Assembly: GCA_012862495.1 (NCBI GenBank)
Contig: BLSG01000208.1
Span: forward strand, 105,439 to 169,438
Source of the DNA: Thraustochytrium aureum
Lineage: Eukaryota
Length of the DNA: 64,000 bases
Direction: 5' to 3'
Of the stretch, positions 30,237 to 42,354 are shown piece after piece. Within the stretch, counting starts at the first letter, position 1, and each line of letters opens with the position of its first letter. The translations under genes were made by a program, and so were the position numbers. The notes beneath the pieces are model-generated. The model saw nothing but the letters and a program-made list of their open reading frames with translations. It was not told the origin of the DNA and ran no database searches.

Positions 30237-31291
30237 ATGGAGTACGCGGTGGACTTCATCGCTGGGGCTGGGTATGGGGTTCACGAGCGTCGCCGTCGGG
30301 CAGCCGAGTGAGTTGGCTGGCGGGAAAAGGCTGGCGCCGCGTGGCGGCGGTGGCACGCGACTGCGGCTGACCGTGGCGGGTGGTTGGGCTGGGCGGTAGT
30401 GGAGACTATCAAAACACGGATGCAGGCGTCGAGCAAGCAGGGCATGGTCGAGGTCGGCGCGCAGTTGTTCAAGAGTGAAGGGATCCGCGGGCTCTACCGC
30501 GGCGGGACGCCAATTTTCATCGGCGGTACCCTGTTCCGCAGCGCGCAGTTTGGCGTCTATACCAATGTGCTGAATGGGCTACAGGCAAGATTTGGCAAGG
30601 TGGAGCGCATCGGGTTTTTTGACGCTCAGGTCGCCGTGGCCGGGTTTTGCGGCGGCGTGGGCCGAGGGCTTGTAGGTGAGTGCACTGTTCGGCACGCAGC
30701 GCAGCGCCAGGAGGCAGCCGCCAGCTGACGCGTCGGCCGGCGCGCAGAGGGCCCATTTGACTACATCAAGGTGCGTAGGCAAGTCGAGCAGCCCTGGAGG
30801 CTCGCAGAGCTCTACAAGGGCATGGGCGTAACCGTGATGAGAAACGCGGGGCTCTTTTGCGCATTCGTGACCTACATCGACTGGTCTAAGCAGCTCTTCC
30901 CCGGCGGCGCGCTCAGCCCCTTTTTGACCGGGGCACTCTGCTCCAACTTGGCTTGGTTTACAATCTGGGTGCGTTTCTGGGTTTGTTCACGGCGATGATG
31001 CAGCTGGCGCGCCATGTCGCGCTTGCCTTGCTGACACTCCTCTTGTGAAATTTGCTTGGAGCGCAGCCGCTCGACGTGGTCAAGAGCCAGAGGCAGTCCG
31101 GCCTCTACGAAGGGACAAGCACGTTGCGCCTGCTCTCGGACGTGTTTCAGTCAGGTAGACTGTTCCGCGGCCTCGTGCCTGGCTTGGCACGGAGTTTCTT
31201 GGCAAACGGTTGCTCGATGATGGCATACACGCACATCAAGGAATACCTCTCCGAGGGCCAAGCGGCAGGTGGCAATCGGGCTGTTCGCTAG
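30237..31291 (+). CDS. Mitochondrial carrier (SLC25 family), spliced
   Basis: Three Px[DE]xx[KR] signatures: QP/xETIKTRMQ, PFDYIKVRRQ, PLDVVKSQRQ. Also GLYRG and LFRGL. GT-AG introns at ~30308-30399, ~30676-30748 and ~30969-31066; extra G near 30280. Confidence 0.88.
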
Positions 31292-32080
31292 GCCAAGTCG
31301 CCTTGCGCAGCTCATGCTCATGTCGCCGTTCTGCATGGCCTCGGCGCCCGAAAAGTGAAGCTCGCGTCCGTTCCGAGCCGAGTTCAATTCTTTAGAGTAG
31401 CTAGTGGAGCTCTTGAGAGCAAGAGCCGCGTAGTGGAAAAGAACGAGCCTCGCAGCGACTGAAGCTCTTGTCAACGCGGGACCTGCCCGAGACCTGCCTT
31501 AACTTGTGACGGCCACTTGAACTTGTGACGGCCATTTGCGACAGGGTCAGCCTCTCTCTCTAGAGAGAGAGAGCTAGCTACTTGAGAGAACAACTGCCAG
31601 CGTCTGGCTTGCCTGGCTTTTGGTGAATTTGGATCGACAAGCCTGACACGCACAAGGCATGCAAGGCACGGCCACCCCACGCGGCTAATTCGCGGACCCC
31701 GCGGCCCTCGACGTGCCGGGCACGATTTTGCCTTCGCCGCAGTGGCGACTTGACCCTGCAGCATCGCTCGAACGGTTCGATCGAGGCCTGCCGAGCATGG
31801 GACGGAGCCGTCGACAAGCCCATCGCTTTTCCACCCGCGCTCAACCTCGCGCCCCTGGACAACATTGCATGCATTGCGTCGTTGGGAATGGGTGGCGCCT
31901 GCGAGAATTTCGCAATGCCCGAGCGTAGGTCGTTGGGGCGTTCCAGAAGCTTCGCCGAGCACTCTTTCTCGGCCGCGGCCACCTCGAGCATCGACGCAGA
32001 CCGTTTCAGGAAACTGCGCAAGTACACTGCGGCGAGCTCTGCAGCTTCTTGCTCTAAAGAAACAATCTCTCTAGTAGGCG

Positions 32081-33712
32081 CTAAAACCAGGACGCTTCCC
32101 GCGCGGCCTTGGCCCGGGCGTCGGCTTGGTACACAACTTTTGGCAACACGAGCCGGTCTGGCGGGACGTAGTGGTACAGCTCTTGGAGCGACTCGACGTA
32201 GCAGTGCTTGGACCAGAACTTGGACGAGACTGCGGTGCGCCCCACAACGTCGTTAGCGGCGCCCAAGGCGAGCCTGTCGGCGACGGTCAACTTACCGAAC
32301 GGCGTGGCGGCCCAAAAGAGCATCTTGGTGGCTGCCGTCGGGTGCACGACGTACATCGCCTTGATGTTTTTCTGTACTTGCGGCCAATCACGTCCTCGTA
32401 GAGCGACTTGATCCACCCGATGGCGGGAACCGCGTCCACCGCGAGCGAATCGTCCAAAATCACAAGCACGTAGCCACGCGACTGCGTCACGAGCTTGTCG
32501 CACACGAGAATCGCGTGCAGGAACAGGCGCTCCAAATCGAGCCCCGGCACGTTCATGTTGGCCACCACCCAGACGATGATCGGGCGCCCCTGGTCGTCCT
32601 CACCCGACTGGTAAACGATGTTGAGCGCAAACATGTCCTTGAGGTCGTCAAACTTTGCGCGCTCAAGGTATCGCTTGTAGTTTGCATTGTCCACCATCAC
32701 CTCTGTGCCATAGACGACCTCCTCAAAGTGCGAGTCTGCGCTACCGGCCGCCTGGGCCGCGGCAACGACGTCAGCGTCAGAAACAAAAGACTCGGCAAGG
32801 GGCCCTTTGGAGCCGACGCAAGGCCTTGGCGCCGTGACCGGGGTTGGGGTCCTTTCGGCCGCGACCGAGCGGTTGAACGGGTTGTCGCGGCCGCCGAGGC
32901 GCGCAATGCGTATCTCTCGGTCCGCGGGAATGATCTCGCCCCACTCGTTGCCGACATCATCTGGCAAAAAGCGCTTGGACCAGGCGAGCTCTACACTGTT
33001 GCGCGGGAAATAGAGTGCGAGTGTGCGTTTGTAGATCTCCAAGTCGTGGTCTGACTGGACGTAGAACACGACGTGGTCGAAATGGCCGCCAAAGTGCTCC
33101 AAAAACCGGCGCACAGTCCGCACCGCCGTGTGGGCGCCAAGCTCTGGCGGGTAGTCCTTGCTGTCCATATGCAGGCAGGGGAACGCGATGGACCGGATGC
33201 CTTGCTCCATCGCGAGCGAGATGGCGGACTTGTAGCAGCTGTGCAGCGCGGTCTCTGCGGCAGTATGGTACTGGTCTGTGTATTTTGGCACAACGGTGTG
33301 AATCACGTACGCTGCGCTAAGCTGACACCCGCGCGTGATCTTGCACTCGCCGGTCTGGCAGGCGGTTATCACATAGCTGCACTCTTCGCGCAGTGTCGCG
33401 CCGGCGCGCTGCAGGATCGCGCTCGACAGCCCCGTCCAGTCGTCCAGCCGCGCGTTGGTGCGGTTAACGAGAGCCTGGACGCGGAGGTCGGCGTAGACGC
33501 GCGGCGACCCCTTGACCAGCTTGACCTTCGCGCTCAGGGATTCGTCGATCGCGAACCGCGCCCCGCCGCTCTTGGGTTCTGCCCCAACCGCTTCGTTGGC
33601 CCGCCCTGCCTCCCTCTCGAAGTCTTGCTTGCCTCCCGACCAGGTGCCTGGAGAGCTGGACTTGGTCTGCGGGCGGCTGCCATATCACGTCCCTCCACGC
33701 CACGACGCTCAT
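32081..33712 (-). CDS. GDAP2: Macro domain plus CRAL-TRIO/BCH protein, GDAP2-like
   Basis: Macro motifs CQTGECKITRGCQLSAAYVIHTVVP and SIAFP..., AHTAVRTVRRFLE, YFPR. BCH domain GEDDQGRPIIV...KNIKAMYVVHPT...PF/VSSKFWSK. Intron 32230-32295; several indels. Confidence 0.85.
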
Positions 33713-34286
33713 CCTTGCTGGCGCCTCTCGCCCCGTCGCAGCTCGGGCCCGAGTGCGCTGGGCGCGCCCTATCGCGCACGCGTCTCGCTCGGTCCACGGC
33801 CAGGCCACCCGGGAGCCTTGGACGCGTGCGACCTCGGCCTTGACGATCGATGGAGGTTTGGGAGCAGGAGGATGCCAGGTGAGCTGAAACGGCGCTGGCC
33901 CGAACGCCCTCGCCCCTCCGCCGAGCGGTGCCAGCCGAGCCGAGGGCAGATTTGCCAACGTCCTGCAAGCTTCCTGGCTGGGAGGCCCAGTGCCGAGTCA
34001 AGCCAGCGACGGCACTTGCTGGCTGCGTCGTGGCTCGTGCGCGACACGCTCTTTGCCGGCACGGTCGTCACGGCCTGCGATGGAGCAGAGTCTCCCCCGG
34101 GCGCCGCAGCGGCAGACGGTCGCCGAGGCGCGGCGCACGCAGCANNNNNNNNNNNNNNNNNNNNNNNNNNNNNNNNNNNNNNNNNNNNNNNNNNNNNNNN
34201 NNNNNNNNNNNNNNNNNNNNNNNNNNNNNNNNNNNNNNNNNNNNGCTGGCAGGTAGGGCCGCTCGCGGCAGGCGAGCGGTCCGTGT

Positions 34287-36013
34287 CTACAAGTGGCCTG
34301 GCTTGTTGGCGCTCCGCTTCTTCTTCTTGCCGCGGCGCTCGCGGCCCTTGGCTGCGTTGGGGTTCTGGCGGCCGTACCCGATGCGGATGCCGTCGCCCTG
34401 CGTCTGGAGCTTGAGGCCGAGGCTCTCCGTGACGTGCTCACCAAACATGGAGGTGGCAGAGGCCTTTTTGCGCGCCTGCTGTCCCCACCAGCCCGTCAAA
34501 AGCTGGTCCTCGGTGAGCAGGAGGTCACCGGTCCGGCCCCCGGTGGGCTTGGGCAGCGAATAGCGCATCCCGCGCGTGTTGACCTTGCGGCCCTTCTTGT
34601 AGTGGTAGCGCAGGACGCCGTCCGGGGAGATCGAGTACGAGAGGCGCGCCAGGGTGGCGTTGCCGCACGCGGGACAAAACTTTTTCAAAAGGTCGCGGCA
34701 GAGCGTCCCGCACGAGTCACACTTTAGGATAAAGCGGCGCACCGACTGGATGGCGCGGCCCTCCAGGGTGAGCAAGCGCATCTGCATCTGCATCATCACG
34801 TTCTGCATCGCGTAGTCGGTCGTGACGCAGGCCACCTTGAACTCGGACGTCTGGAGTGTCCTGCGCTGCGCACCCCCGCCCAAGAGCTCGCGACCGGGTC
34901 CCTGCATCGGGTCCACTTGGGCAAGGTTCGACATCGTGATCCAGCCCTCCCCGTCGAGAGCGCCGGTGTCGACGGCAACGCCGCTTATGCCCAAAAGGCG
35001 CGACCCCGGCGCCCGCTCTGGCTCGCGCGGGCGCACCTGCTCCTCCTCAGGGTTGGCCGCCCGCTCGGCGGCTAGCCTCTCGCGCAGCTCTTGTTGGCGC
35101 CGCTCCTTTTTCTCGCGTTTCTTCTTCTCGTTGCGCTCCACCTCGAGCAACTCGGCTGCCAGCTCCTCCTGCTGCCGAAGGAAGAGTTCACGCTCGCTTG
35201 GAGCCGCGGTGGCGGCCACCTCGAGCGAGGGCCACTCGATGTCCTCTGCGTCTTGCGCTGTTGCAGGAGCTGCAGCGAACGTTGCAGAGGGCGTTGCGCT
35301 TGCGCCTGGGACCCCGGCAAAGTCGTCGTCGTCCCACATCGAGGCAGCTGCGGGCGCGGCGGGGGCTGGGGCAGGCGGGGCGGCTGCTGCGGTCTGGTCG
35401 GGGCTTGCTGTTTTTCCACTGAGTGCCGCTGCCCATGAGACTCCGGGCTTTTTCACCGCACTCGTCAGCAGGTCGACCGCTGGAGCCGGCGCCCCATCGG
35501 CAGGCTCGGTCGGAGTTGGACCGTCTTGTTCGCGGTCGTGGCTGCCCTCGTCTTCTTCTTCTTCTTCCTCCTCCCCCTCCTCCTCGTCATCATCGTCTTC
35601 TTCCTCGCTATCCTCCTCGTCTTCGCCGTTGGGGGGGAGCGGGTCGCCTTGGCCAGGCTCGCGCGGCTCAGTTCGGAGGTCGGCCACCCCGTGCACTTGC
35701 TCATGGAGCATGTATGCGAGAGCCATGATTTTAATGTCCGGTCGCGAGAGCACTGCGATGTCGCCCGTCTTCTTCGCGAACGCCGTCACAGCGCCATCGC
35801 CGCATCGCTGGGCTCTAGCAGCTCGAGCTCGAACGGCAGCGCGGCGAGCGCTTCGCGCGCCTTCTTGTCCCGCACTTCGGCTACGACCTCCTTGATCGTC
35901 CAAAACCGCTTGGCCTTGTTGTGCAGCTGCTCCAGCATGATCAGCGCGCCAGCGTCCACCACGAGGTGCTCCAGCTCGGCAGGCGCCTGCACGTCGGAGG
36001 AGGGCTTGGCCAT
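34287..36013 (-). CDS. NOB1: 20S pre-rRNA D-site endonuclease Nob1
   Basis: PIN motifs LVVDAGALI, LSRPDIKIMALAY and CVTTDYAMQNV; zinc ribbon CDSC...FCPACGN; NTRGMRYSLPKP; indel near 35800. Confidence 0.92.
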
Positions 36014-36744
36014 TCCGAGCCATTNNNNNNNNNNNNNNNNNNNNNNNNNNNNNNNNNNNNNNNNNNNNNNNNNNNNNNNNNNNNNNNNNNNNNNNNNNNN
36101 NNNNNNNNNNNNNNNNNNNNNNNNNNNNNNNNNNNNNNNNNNNNNNNNNNNNNNNNNNNNNNNNNNNNNNNNNNNNNNNNNNNNNNNNNNNNNNNNNNNN
36201 NNNNNNNNNNNNNNNNNNNNNNNNNNNNNNNNNNNNNNNNNNNNNNNNNNNNNNNNNNNNNNNNNNNNNNNNNNNNNNNNNNNNNNNNNNNNNNNNNNNN
36301 NNNNNNNNNNNNNNNNNNNNNNNNNNNNNNNNNNNNNNNNNNNNNNNNNNNNNNNNNNNNNNNNNNNNNNNNNNNNNNNNNNNNNNNNNNNNNNNNNNNN
36401 NNNNNNNNNNNNNNNNNNNNNNNNNNNNNNNNNNNNNNNNNNNNNNNNNNNNNNNNNNNNNNNNNNNNNNNNNNNNNNNNNNNNNNNNNNNNNNNNNNNN
36501 NNNNNNNNNNNNNNNNNNNNNNNNNNNNNNNNNNNNNNNNNNNNNNNNNNNNNNNNNNNNNNNNNNNNNNNNNNNNNNNNNNNNNNNNNNNNNNNNNNNN
36601 NNNNNNNNNNNNNNNNNNNNNNNNNNNNNNNNNNNNNNNNNNNNNNNNNNNNNNNNNNNNNNNNNNNNNNNNNNNNNNNNNNNNNNNNNNNNNNNNNNNN
36701 NNNNNNNNNNNNNNNNNNNNNNNNNNNNNNNNNNNNNNNNNNCG

Positions 36745-37034
36745 CAGCCTCAGTTCTCCGGGGGTTTGAGCTTTTGCGTCCTGGCGGGAGGATGGTTTAC
36801 AGCACCTGCTCGTTTTCGGAGCGGCAGAACGAGGGCGTTGTTTCCTGGCTCTTGGCGCGCGACCCCCGCGCGCGTTTGGTGTCGCAAGCGACAAGCGCGA
36901 TGGCTGCAGGTTGGGGCGGCTTGCCTCCGCCTGTGCGCCCGAGCACGTCGCTCCGGGGGGCGTTTTACATGGACCCAATTACTTCGCGCACCAGTGGCCT
37001 TTTTGTGGCTGTCATCACGCGTGCCCGAGAGTGA
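36745..37034 (+). CDS. C-terminal fragment of a NOL1/NOP2/Sun (NSUN/RsmB) RNA m5C methyltransferase
   Basis: LLRPGGRMVYSTCSFSERQNEGVV and terminal GLFVAVI; the rest lies in gap 36025-36742. Confidence 0.8.
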
Positions 37035-38594
37035 TGGGGAGTGCCAGTTTGTGGTCTTGCGTGCGCAAGGGATTGACACAGTTAGTACTCGGCGTAGAGT
37101 TGACCATCTTCGTTATCGCACGCTCGTGCGGATTTCTTGTTGAGATGGCCGAGTTGCGACCCCTTGATGGCATTGCGTTGGCCGCTCACCAAGGCCGATC
37201 CTTTTGGACCCTTTGCGCATGGTATCTACTCGTTTACTCGCCCATTTCCCGAGTACGTCCATTTCCCGAGCAGAGTACGCAGCGCGGGGCGATTGCGCAC
37301 CTGGGCCGAGCTGAGTACCTACTCGACCGCATTCACTTGAGTACAGATTGGCTGCCAGGCTGCACCGCCTGGCTGGCTGGCCGGCTGGCTGGCTGGCTGG
37401 CTGTCGGCTCAAGTGACCTTGAAAGGGGGCGGCGGCAGCAGGTCGTGAGCTGTGACCCAGGAATCCGGGCGCGCCAGCTACTACTCTAGCTCTAGTAGTT
37501 GTCTCTCCCTCGTCTGCTGTTTGTTCATGAGAAAAGAGGGCGGAAGCGCCATGCTCGTGAACTTGCCCAATACACCATCCAGCGCCACAATTGCGCCGGG
37601 AGAGAGCGCGAAACAGCGCGAAAGAGGTACATGGCGAAACCCTGCAGGGAGAGCGACTGGTTGGTCGGAGCAAGTGACTCAGTGGAGTAAGGTGAGCAGT
37701 GTCCTCACACGCTACTCAAGTTGCATCGGCAGCGCGGCATACCTAGTTCGCTCTTGAAGGCCGCAGGCACCGGAGGCGAAACCAAAGCGGATGCGCTCTT
37801 GAACTCCACCAGCCACTTGAGAGGGGAGGCCAAAGCGGGTTCGCTCTTGAAGGCTACAGGCCACAACGCGCTCACCGAGCACTCGAGAGGCGAAGCCAGC
37901 GAAGACTCGAAGGGAGGATTCCCGGCCTTGCGTTCGCACGTTGACTAACGAACACGTTATGCAACAGTGTGCGCCTAACGGAATCCCTCGCTCGCAGGCG
38001 GCTGACTCGAGAGTGTTTGACGGAGCATGAGCTTCCCTCTTCCCTCCGCTCTCCCTTCTCACTGGCAGCGACTGAATGACCGGTGGAGTTTGATTTGTTC
38101 CGGGTGCGGCCTCTTGCCCCTTTCCTGACTCACCAGTGCCGTGACAACCAATTCGCGGATTTTTGCGAGCGCCGCATCGGTACGACGACCAAGTGCACCA
38201 CGCGCCGCGTGAGAGTACTCGACTCGCTCATGTCGGCGCACGCACGCTTACACAGGCGGGCAGGCAGGCGATGGCAATGCTTGACTGCCAGTGCAGCCAC
38301 TGCGCGCTGTCCGGCCCTGCGCGGCCCAACTCCCGATGCCGCCGAGCCTCCTTGCGAGCCCTGGATCGCTGACACGGCGCGTCCACGGCGATGAAATCAG
38401 CGGCCACACCCTCCAGCACCCATCGATCTCCACCCTCCCTCGCGCTTACCGGCGCTCCCGGGGGCCTCGCGCCGTCTCGAGAGGTAGGGCTGCGCCACCG
38501 CTGCGCCAACCACGGGCTGCCCTTCTGTCCTCGTCAGTCCAACGCCAGCAAGCACCACGCAAAAACGCACGCAGGCAGGTCGCCACGCACACAC

Positions 38595-39540
38595 GCAGGC
38601 CGGCAAGCAGGCCGGCAGNNNNNNNNNNNNNNNNNNNNNNNNNNNNNNNNNNNNNNNNNNNNNNNNNNNNNNNNNNNNNNNNNNNNNNNNNNNNNNNNNN
38701 NNNNNNNNNNNNNNNNNNNNNNNNNNNNNNNNNNNNNNNNNNNNNNNNNNNNNNNNNNNNNNNNNNNNNNNNNNNNNNNNNNNNNNNNNNNNNNNNNNNN
38801 NNNNNNNNNNNNNNNNNNNNNNNNNNNNNNNNNNNNNNNNNNNNNNNNNNNNNNNNNNNNNNNNNNNNNNNNNNNNNNNNNNNNNNNNNNNNNNNNNNNN
38901 NNNNNNNNNNNNNNNNNNNNNNNNNNNNNNNNNNNNNNNNNNNNNNNNNNNNNNNNNNNNNNNNNNNNNNNNNNNNNNNNNNNNNNNNNNNNNNNNNNNN
39001 NNNNNNNNNNNNNNNNNNNNNNNNNNNNNNNNNNNNNNNNNNNNNNNNNNNNNNNNNNNNNNNNNNNNNNNNNNNNNNNNNNNNNNNNNNNNNNNNNNNN
39101 NNNNNNNNNNNNNNNNNNNNNNNNNNNNNNNNNNNNNNNNNNNNNNNNNNNNNNNNNNNNNNNNNNNNNNNNNNNNNNNNNNNNNNNNNNNNNNNNNNNN
39201 NNNNNNNNNNNNNNNNNNNNNNNNNNNNNNNNNNNNNNNNNNNNNNNNNNNNNNNNNNNNNNNNNNNNNNNNNNNNNNNNNNNNNNNNNNNNNNNNNNNN
39301 NNNNNNNNNNNNNNNNNNNNNNNNNNNNNNNNNNNNNNNNNNNNNNNNNNNNNNNNAGCCTGCCAGCCAGCCTGCCTGCCAGCGAGCCAGCGAGCCAGCC
39401 AGCCGGGCCGCTAGCCTCCAGGCCTCGGTGGGGCGTCCGTCCAGCTCGCCAGCTAGCCAGGCCGCTGGCCTCCAGGCGACTTCGGGCACTCACCTTTCTA
39501 GCCGGCCAGCCAGCCAGCCTGCCAGCAAGCCAGCCAGCAA
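38595..39540. repeat. (GCCA)n-type low-complexity repeat flanking an assembly gap
   Basis: gccagccagcc units on both sides of the Ns; the reverse complement also occurs at 37368-37402. Confidence 0.65.
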
Positions 39541-39570
39541 GGGAACAGCAGACGCGCGCTGGCGGAGATA

Positions 39571-41736
39571 ATGACGGTGCAGCACCATGATGCGGCGCAC
39601 AAGTGCGGGGAGCAAACCGCCACAGGAAGCGAAGGGGCGGGGAGGAAGGCGAGCGCCAGCGCGAGCGGGTTTAAACGAGCCTTCTCTGACCTGCACGAAA
39701 GCCAGCCGCTTACGCAAGAGCCGCAAAACTGCGTAGACAACTTTTTTCAGCGCCGCGCGGCCTCGGGGTTCCATGGCGTTTCGCACCTGCTCGTTGCCGA
39801 GCACGCTGCGCGCGCCAGGGCCAAGTGGTCGTTCTACAGCCGCCAAGCCGCTGGCGCCCTCGCAATTGAGCCCCCTCTCGCGAACGTGAGCGACGGCGGA
39901 GCGCGCAGGAACGGGCGCAACCCGCGGCTTTTGGGGATTTGCCGGCAAGAGTACCAGAGCAACTTGGTGCTCTGCTCATCCGAGCGCCAGCGGAAGCGCA
40001 AGCGCGAAGTGTTGCTCCGGTCCATCCGCGCGACGCCGCTCAGCCTGCGCGAGAGGCTGATGCTCTGCGCGGTCTCGGGCAACAAGCGCCTCGCACGCAA
40101 GCTCTTGCGCCGCACGGCCGGGCAAGACCCGCTAGAGCTCAAGGAGACGCTGCAGTTTGTCATCTACGCCTGCATCGCGCACGAGTCTGGCTGCAAAACA
40201 GGCCCCGCCGCCGTCGCTAGAGAAGTGTGCACGCTGTTCAACGCACCTGCGATGGGCGAGCTCATGATCCCTGCCGAGTGCTGTTCTCCCGAAAACCGAA
40301 ACGCCAACAACAACGACTCCCTGCTCGGCGCGGCATCGCGTGCGCAAAACTTGCTTATGCAGCGCGTGCTTCTCGATGCTGGCGCCGACCCAAACTTTCG
40401 CACGCCCGCAGGCTGCCCGCCGCTCATCGCTGCAGTATACAGGCCGGATCCCGAGCCGGTGCGTGAGCTGCTCAGCCGCGGAGCCGACCCAAACGTGGTC
40501 GTGGAAAACGGAGTTAGGCCGCTCTTCATCGCCGCGTACAATNNNNNNNNNNNNNNNNNNNNNNNNNNNNNNNNNNNNNNNNNNNNNNNNNNNNNNNNNN
40601 NNNNNNNNNNNNNNNNNNNNNNNNNNNNNNNNNNNNNNNNNNNNNNNNNNNNNNNNNNNNNNNNNNNNNNNNNNNNNNNNNNNNNNNNNNNNNNNNNNNN
40701 NNNNNNNNNNNNNNNNNNNNNNNNNNNNNNNNNNNNNNNNNNNNNNNNNNNNNNNNNNNNNNNNNNNNNNNNNNNNNNNNNNNNNNNNNNNNNNNNNNNN
40801 NNNNNNNNNNNNNNNNNNNNNNNNNNNNNNNNNNNNNNNNNNNNNNNAGTTAGGCCGCTCTTCATCGCCGCGTACAATGGTTTCCTGGATTCCGTCAAGG
40901 CGCTCTGCGAGCGCGGAGCAGACATTGACGCGCAGACCTCGGACGGGACTTCGGGGCTCATCGCGGCGATCCAGGAAAATCGAGTGGCAGTCGTCGAGTA
41001 CCTCCTTGGACAAGGCGCGAGCCCAAACCTCTCCAAACACAATGGCTCGTCGCCCGTTATCGTCGCCGTGCGCCATGGCCACTCCGACCTCATCACACTG
41101 CTTGGAGAGCACGGGGCGGACCCGAACCGCCAGCTGACCAACGGGGCCACCGCGCTGGTCCTTGCCTGCGCCAACGGCGATCGCAAGAGCGTCGACAACC
41201 TCCTGCGCCTCAACGTCGACATCCTGAGGCCACTGCACAGCGGCGCCAACGCGCTAGAGTATGCCGCTCACAGAGGGTATTCGCACATCGTTTTCAACCT
41301 AATGCGCCATCTCGACACAGACCCGGGGCGGGTCTCGATGCGGCGCATGGTTACTATTGCCCACCAGAACAGCCATCACGATATCTGCTATTGGCTCAAG
41401 CAGTACCACACGCCAGGCTTCGGCCAACTACATTACGCTGCTTCGCTGGGCGAGACTGCAGAGCTCTTCGGTCTCCTGCAGACCTGGAGGGAGCCATTCC
41501 CTGACGCGACCCGGACTGTTCTGCTCAACCTCTCCAGTGGGCATTGCAAGCCGTACTTGGAGCGCGCATTTCAGCCGTTCTCCAGCGAGACGCGCGACCT
41601 TTGGCCCGACGAGTTCACGGCTGTGCAGCGCGCGCTGCTTTGCTCGCCGCGCAACCAAATGCGCCTGGCCGATGACCTGCTCATTCTCATTTTGTCGTAC
41701 GTCGGTCGCGACTGGTTTGGGCCTGCTTCGGCCTGA
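39571..41736 (+). CDS. Ankyrin-repeat protein with C-terminal F-box-like helix
   Basis: Repeats LLDAGADPN, LLSRGADPN, LCERGADID, LLGQGASPN and LGEHGADPN; terminal RLADDLLILILSYV. Start codon uncertain. Confidence 0.85.
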   Translation: MTVQHHDAAHKCGEQTATGSEGAGRKASASASGFKRAFSDLHESQPLTQEPQNCVDNFFQRRAASGFHGVSHLLVAEHAARARAKWSFYSRQAAGALAIEPPLANVSDGGARRNGRNPRLLGICRQEYQSNLVLCSSERQRKRKREVLLRSIRATPLSLRERLMLCAVSGNKRLARKLLRRTAGQDPLELKETLQFVIYACIAHESGCKTGPAAVAREVCTLFNAPAMGELMIPAECCSPENRNANNNDSLLGAASRAQNLLMQRVLLDAGADPNFRTPAGCPPLIAAVYRPDPEPVRELLSRGADPNVVVENGVRPLFIAAYNXXXXXXXXXXXXXXXXXXXXXXXXXXXXXXXXXXXXXXXXXXXXXXXXXXXXXXXXXXXXXXXXXXXXXXXXXXXXXXXXXXXXXXXXXXXXXXXXXXXXXXVRPLFIAAYNGFLDSVKALCERGADIDAQTSDGTSGLIAAIQENRVAVVEYLLGQGASPNLSKHNGSSPVIVAVRHGHSDLITLLGEHGADPNRQLTNGATALVLACANGDRKSVDNLLRLNVDILRPLHSGANALEYAAHRGYSHIVFNLMRHLDTDPGRVSMRRMVTIAHQNSHHDICYWLKQYHTPGFGQLHYAASLGETAELFGLLQTWREPFPDATRTVLLNLSSGHCKPYLERAFQPFSSETRDLWPDEFTAVQRALLCSPRNQMRLADDLLILILSYVGRDWFGPASA

Positions 41737-42354
41737 GCTCGTCGTGGTCCCGCATCGGGCGTTGCCAGTGCTCGGCAGGCTCGCGCTTGCGCTCACTTCC
41801 AGGTGCACCAACTCGCGCAAGTGCGCAAGAGCGCAAGAGCGGCGAGAGAGAGTTGGCGTTCGGTCGCTAGCTAGCTAGATCAAGAGCGCAAGGGCGACGA
41901 GCTGGAGCGTTGGCGATCGGCGGCCGGAGTTAGATGTTGTACGGAATGGATGGAGCCCCAAGTCTGAGCTTTCCCAAATCTGAGCTTCGAGGGCTTTTTC
42001 TTGGTCTGCGGGCAGCAAAGGAAACCCAAAGCAAAAGCATTTCGCGCATCACATTTTCTTTTTTCAAGATCAAGAACATGAAAAACTTTTGCTTCAGTCC
42101 AACGGCGGTCGGGCGCGGTGGCAGACGTTGTAGTTTCCTGCAAGAACACAACAAGGGCAAGGGCAGAAGTGTGCTCATATTTCTTTAGAAAGCCAGCGGC
42201 GAGGCAGGCCTCCCCAGCAAGAGCTGGAGGCGCGAGCTCTGCTCTCTACTAGAGCTAGAGAGTCGAGACCCGCACGCTGCCGCACCTGATCCGATCAGGC
42301 CAGTCGCCCCGTCGGCCGGCCGCTCCAGAGGAACCTACCGCTCGCCTTCCAAGC

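Noticed and set aside
31501..31538. 19-bp direct duplication aacttgtgacggccayttg
   Set aside because: Simple local slippage with no associated element.
37700..37950. Thrice-repeated cgctcttgaa motif within a short ORF
   Set aside because: Too short and degenerate to support a feature.
40512..40879. Identical ~31-bp sequence on both sides of a gap in the ankyrin gene
   Set aside because: Most likely an unmerged contig overlap or collapsed ankyrin repeat rather than a target-site duplication.
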